DNA of 64,000 nt from Lytechinus pictus (taxonomy: Eukaryota). Below, piece after piece: positions 60,962-64,000 of this stretch (position 1 is the stretch's first letter; every line of letters starts with the position of its first letter). A model generated the notes under the pieces. It did not search any database. It was not told the DNA's origin and saw only the letters and a program-made list of their open reading frames with translations. Made by a program: the position numbers and the translations under genes. Where the stretch lies: NCBI RefSeq assembly GCF_037042905.1, contig NC_087247.1, forward strand, positions 41,664,001 to 41,728,000, given 5' to 3'.

Positions 60962-63900
60962 TTCAGGTCAGGTCAGGAGGCTTGTCAGGTCTGGAGACCT
61001 GACAGTTTTCTGCTACTGGTAACCTGGAAGCCAGTACTACCTGTTTCAGGGTCGAGTCGACGGCGACTAAACCGTCTCCCCCACCTTTTCCTTTTGGGTT
61101 TCGGTGTGGAGGGTGGCTGGACACCCTGATGGAATGAAAAGTAAGATCCATCTTAAAGGGCGCTGGCTTAAGAGAGCCAACAGCGGCCATCCAGCAAATC
61201 AGGGTAGATGGAACTCTCCAGCCTTGGCAGGCTTTTCATCTAGGACAAGGAAAGTCTGATGTAAAACCTACGACTCGAGGACCTCGCTGTCACCGTCCCA
61301 GCTAGCTAGGCTATGGCAGATGAACCCCGGGTGTAAAGGGTGGGGCCAGGACTGCGCACACTGTACTCCACTTTAAACCTCCATAGCGCAGGCATAAAGG
61401 ACATGTCCATGTCCAAAACGCCACCAAACTTACCAAGCCCTGTAGCGACGGGAAAGGGGCGAAATCGGCAGGTGGAAGATGTCACTGGAAGCCGCAGTTC
61501 CAATCCTGCATGCAGGCGGTTCAGGATATTGGTCGCCTGATGTTGACCCAGAGACGACGGCATCATTCGGCAGCACCCTGAACGACCGAGCAGCCTTATC
61601 TAGGGACAGCACTGCTTGCTCCACACGGAGAGGGGCCTAGAAAAGGTGGCCTAACCAAAGCTCGTCTCTCATCACCCAGTTGGCTAGCCGCGGTCAACGG
61701 GCATCTTCTCACGCGGTCGAACAACAACAACAAAGAAAAAAAGGTACACACCCACCTGTAAGGGTGTACAAACACTGAAACTAGCATGCTGGAACATCAG
61801 AACTATGCTTGACCGAACTGACAGCAACCGACCGGAACGTCGCTCTGCTCTTATCGCGCATGAACTATCAAGGCTTGATGTTGACATTGCTGCCCTAAGC
61901 GAAGTCCGCTTCTCAGAAGAAGGCAGCCTACATGAGCAGGGCGCTGGATACACCCTCTTCTGGTCAGGGAAACCTGCAACGGAAAGACGTCTAGCTGGCG
62001 TTGGTTTCATGCTCAAATCTTCCATCGCCTCCAAGCTGGAAAACCTACCAACTGGTCATTCCGACCGCATCATGTCCATGCGCCTGCCTCTAAAGAACAA
62101 GCAGCATGCAACACTTTTTAGTGTGTATGCTCCGACTCTTCAAGCCGATCCTGCAGAAAAAGACATGTTCTACTCGGAACTCCGCAGACTTCTCCAAAGC
62201 ACCCCTGCAGACGACAAGCTGTTAATTCTCGGCGACTTTAATGCTAGAGTAGGACAGGATGATGTCGCCTGGAAAGGAGTACTCGGAAGGCATGGTGTTG
62301 GAAAGTGTAACGACAACGGACGCTTGCTGCTGGAGCTCTGCATGGAACAACAACTTGTCATTACCAACACCGTCTTCCAGCAAAAGGACAGTCTCAAGAC
62401 AACATGGATGCATCCTCGTTCTAAACACTGGCACCTCATTGACTATGTCTTAGTGCGTGGACGTGACCTAAACGACATCCTTCACACCAGAGTGATGCCC
62501 AGCGCAGAATGTCATACTGACCATCGCCTAGTGCGCTGCAAACTCAGGATGCATTTCAAACCTAAGCTAAGAAAGGGAGGCCCCCGCAGGAAAAAGTTTG
62601 ATCTCAACAAGCTACAGTCAGCTGAAGTGAAAGCTGAGTTCCAGGTAGGCATACAGGCCAAGCTTGAAAACAACAGCTGCCTAGAGGATCCTTCTCCTGA
62701 AATACTATGGAACTCGCTTAAAGCTTCCATTCTGCAGTCATCTGAGGAAACTATCGGGTTTTCCATAAAGAAGAGCAGAGATTGGTTTGATGAAAACAAC
62801 AAAGAGATCCAGGAACTGCTGGAAAAGAAGAGATCGGCCCACCAGGCCCACCTGTCACATCCGTCCTGTCCTGTAAAGAAAGCTGCCTTCCGTCACATCT
62901 GCAACAACCTCCAGCGTAAGTTTCGTGTGATGCAAAATGAGTGGTGGACCAAACTTGCAGCAAGAACACAGCAGTACGCCGATGCTGGTGACTACAGAAG
63001 CTTCTATGAAGCCATCAGGGCTGTTTATGGCCCCAGACACCAGGCTCAGAGTCCATTACGCAGTGCGGATGGACTGACACTCCTCAAAGACAAGACATCT
63101 ATCCTTACCCGATGGTCTGAGCACTTCCAGGCACTCTTTGGAGCTGACCGGGTTGTCCAGGACTCAGCAACCCTCCGCATCCCCCAGCTGTCAGTCAAGG
63201 AGGAACTGGATGTACCGCCCTCTCTGCAAGAACTTACAAAAGCCATTGAGCAGATGAAGAGTGGCAAAGCAGCAGGAGTTGATGGAATTCCACCTGAGAT
63301 ATGGAAATGTGGAGGACCAGTGTTACACAACAAGCTCCATGAACTCCTTGTCTGTTGTTGGGAACAGGGCAAGCTACCAGGAGACCTCCGCGATGCAGTC
63401 ATCATTACCTTATACAAGAATAAGGGGGAAAGGTCTGACTGCTCAAACTACAGGGGTATCACTCTACTGTCCATCGCAGGAAAAATCTTTGCCCGAGTGC
63501 TCTTGAATAGGCTAGTACCTGTCATCGCAGAAGACCACTTCCCAGAAACCCAGTGTGGCTTCAGAGCAAACCGAGGTACCACAGACATGGTCTTCGTCCT
63601 CCGTCAGCTCCAAGAGAAATGCCGGGAACAAAATAAAGGACTGTACATAACGTTTGTCGACCTAACCAAGGCATTTGACACGGTGAGCAGAAAGGGCCTC
63701 TGGCTAATCTTGGAACGCCTCGGTTGTCCCCCAAGGTTCCTCAGTATGATCATCCAGCTGCATGAAAACCAGCGTGGCCAAGTTAGGTTAAACAGCCATC
63801 ACTCCGAATCTTTCCCAATCACAAACGGTGTGAAACAGGGTTGTGTCCTTGCACCGACGCTGTTCAGTATCTTCTTCAGCGTAATGCTCAAGCAGGCCAT

Positions 63901-64000
63901 GGAAGGTCTTGATGAAGACGAGGCTGTCTACATCCGCTACCGCCTCGATGGCAGTCTATTCAATCTCAGGAGACTGCAGGCCCACACAAAAACTTGTGAG
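60962..64000 (+). mobile_element. RTE/BovB-clade non-LTR retrotransposon, 5' UTR plus ORF, cut by the window end
   Basis: Abrupt rise in GC content near 60962, then ~720 bp of structured leader and the endonuclease-RT ORF. The 5' boundary is approximate. Confidence 0.9.
61688..64000 (+). CDS. APE endonuclease-reverse transcriptase polyprotein of the RTE element (open to window end)
   Basis: LKLACWNIRTM, DIAALSEVR, VYAPT, LGDFNARVG, HWHLIDY, TDH (APE) and KAAGVDGIP, NYRGITLL, QCGFR, FVDLTKAFD, GVKQGCVLAP, YRLDGSLFNLRRL (RTE/BovB RT). Both ends are in the same frame; first ATG at 61805. Confidence 0.93.

Noticed and set aside
61684-63417. Minus-strand ORFs over the LINE
   Set aside because: Antisense shadows of the endonuclease-RT ORF.

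Overview
AT-rich, intron-containing animal DNA; the repeat families and gene content suggest an echinoderm, probably a sea urchin (inference). The window holds two same-strand paralogous genes for type-I membrane proteins with long calcium-binding EGF arrays. Gene A (<1-9085) lacks its 5' end here and has at least 45 EGF repeats, about 43.5 of them in one exon of >4.9 kb. Gene B (25029-54455) can be reconstructed in full: 12 coding exons, 3705 nt, 1234 aa. Its order is signal peptide, MNNL/C2, DSL, 20 EGF, a truncated EGF plus Pro/Thr linker, one EGF, a SEA/ferredoxin-like module, TM helix and short tail. It looks like a non-canonical Delta/Serrate-type ligand: the DSL lacks the RPRDD Notch-contact loop, there are no DOS-type EGFs and the tail has no NxxN motif. 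The genes share juxtamembrane exon phases and a diagnostic short EGF in an Arg-rich block. Non-coding DNA is dense in nested non-autonomous DNA transposons (hAT, Tc1-like, Harbinger-like, CACTG-ended, a 5.4-kb Academ-like foldback). It also holds a Helentron-type tandem repeat rich in DR1/DR5 motifs, two tRNA-derived SINEs and two Penelope-type hammerhead-like motifs. An assembly gap with a (GTA)n tract and an open-frame RTE/BovB-like LINE running off the right end complete the window. Gene models are manual splice reconstructions without expression support.
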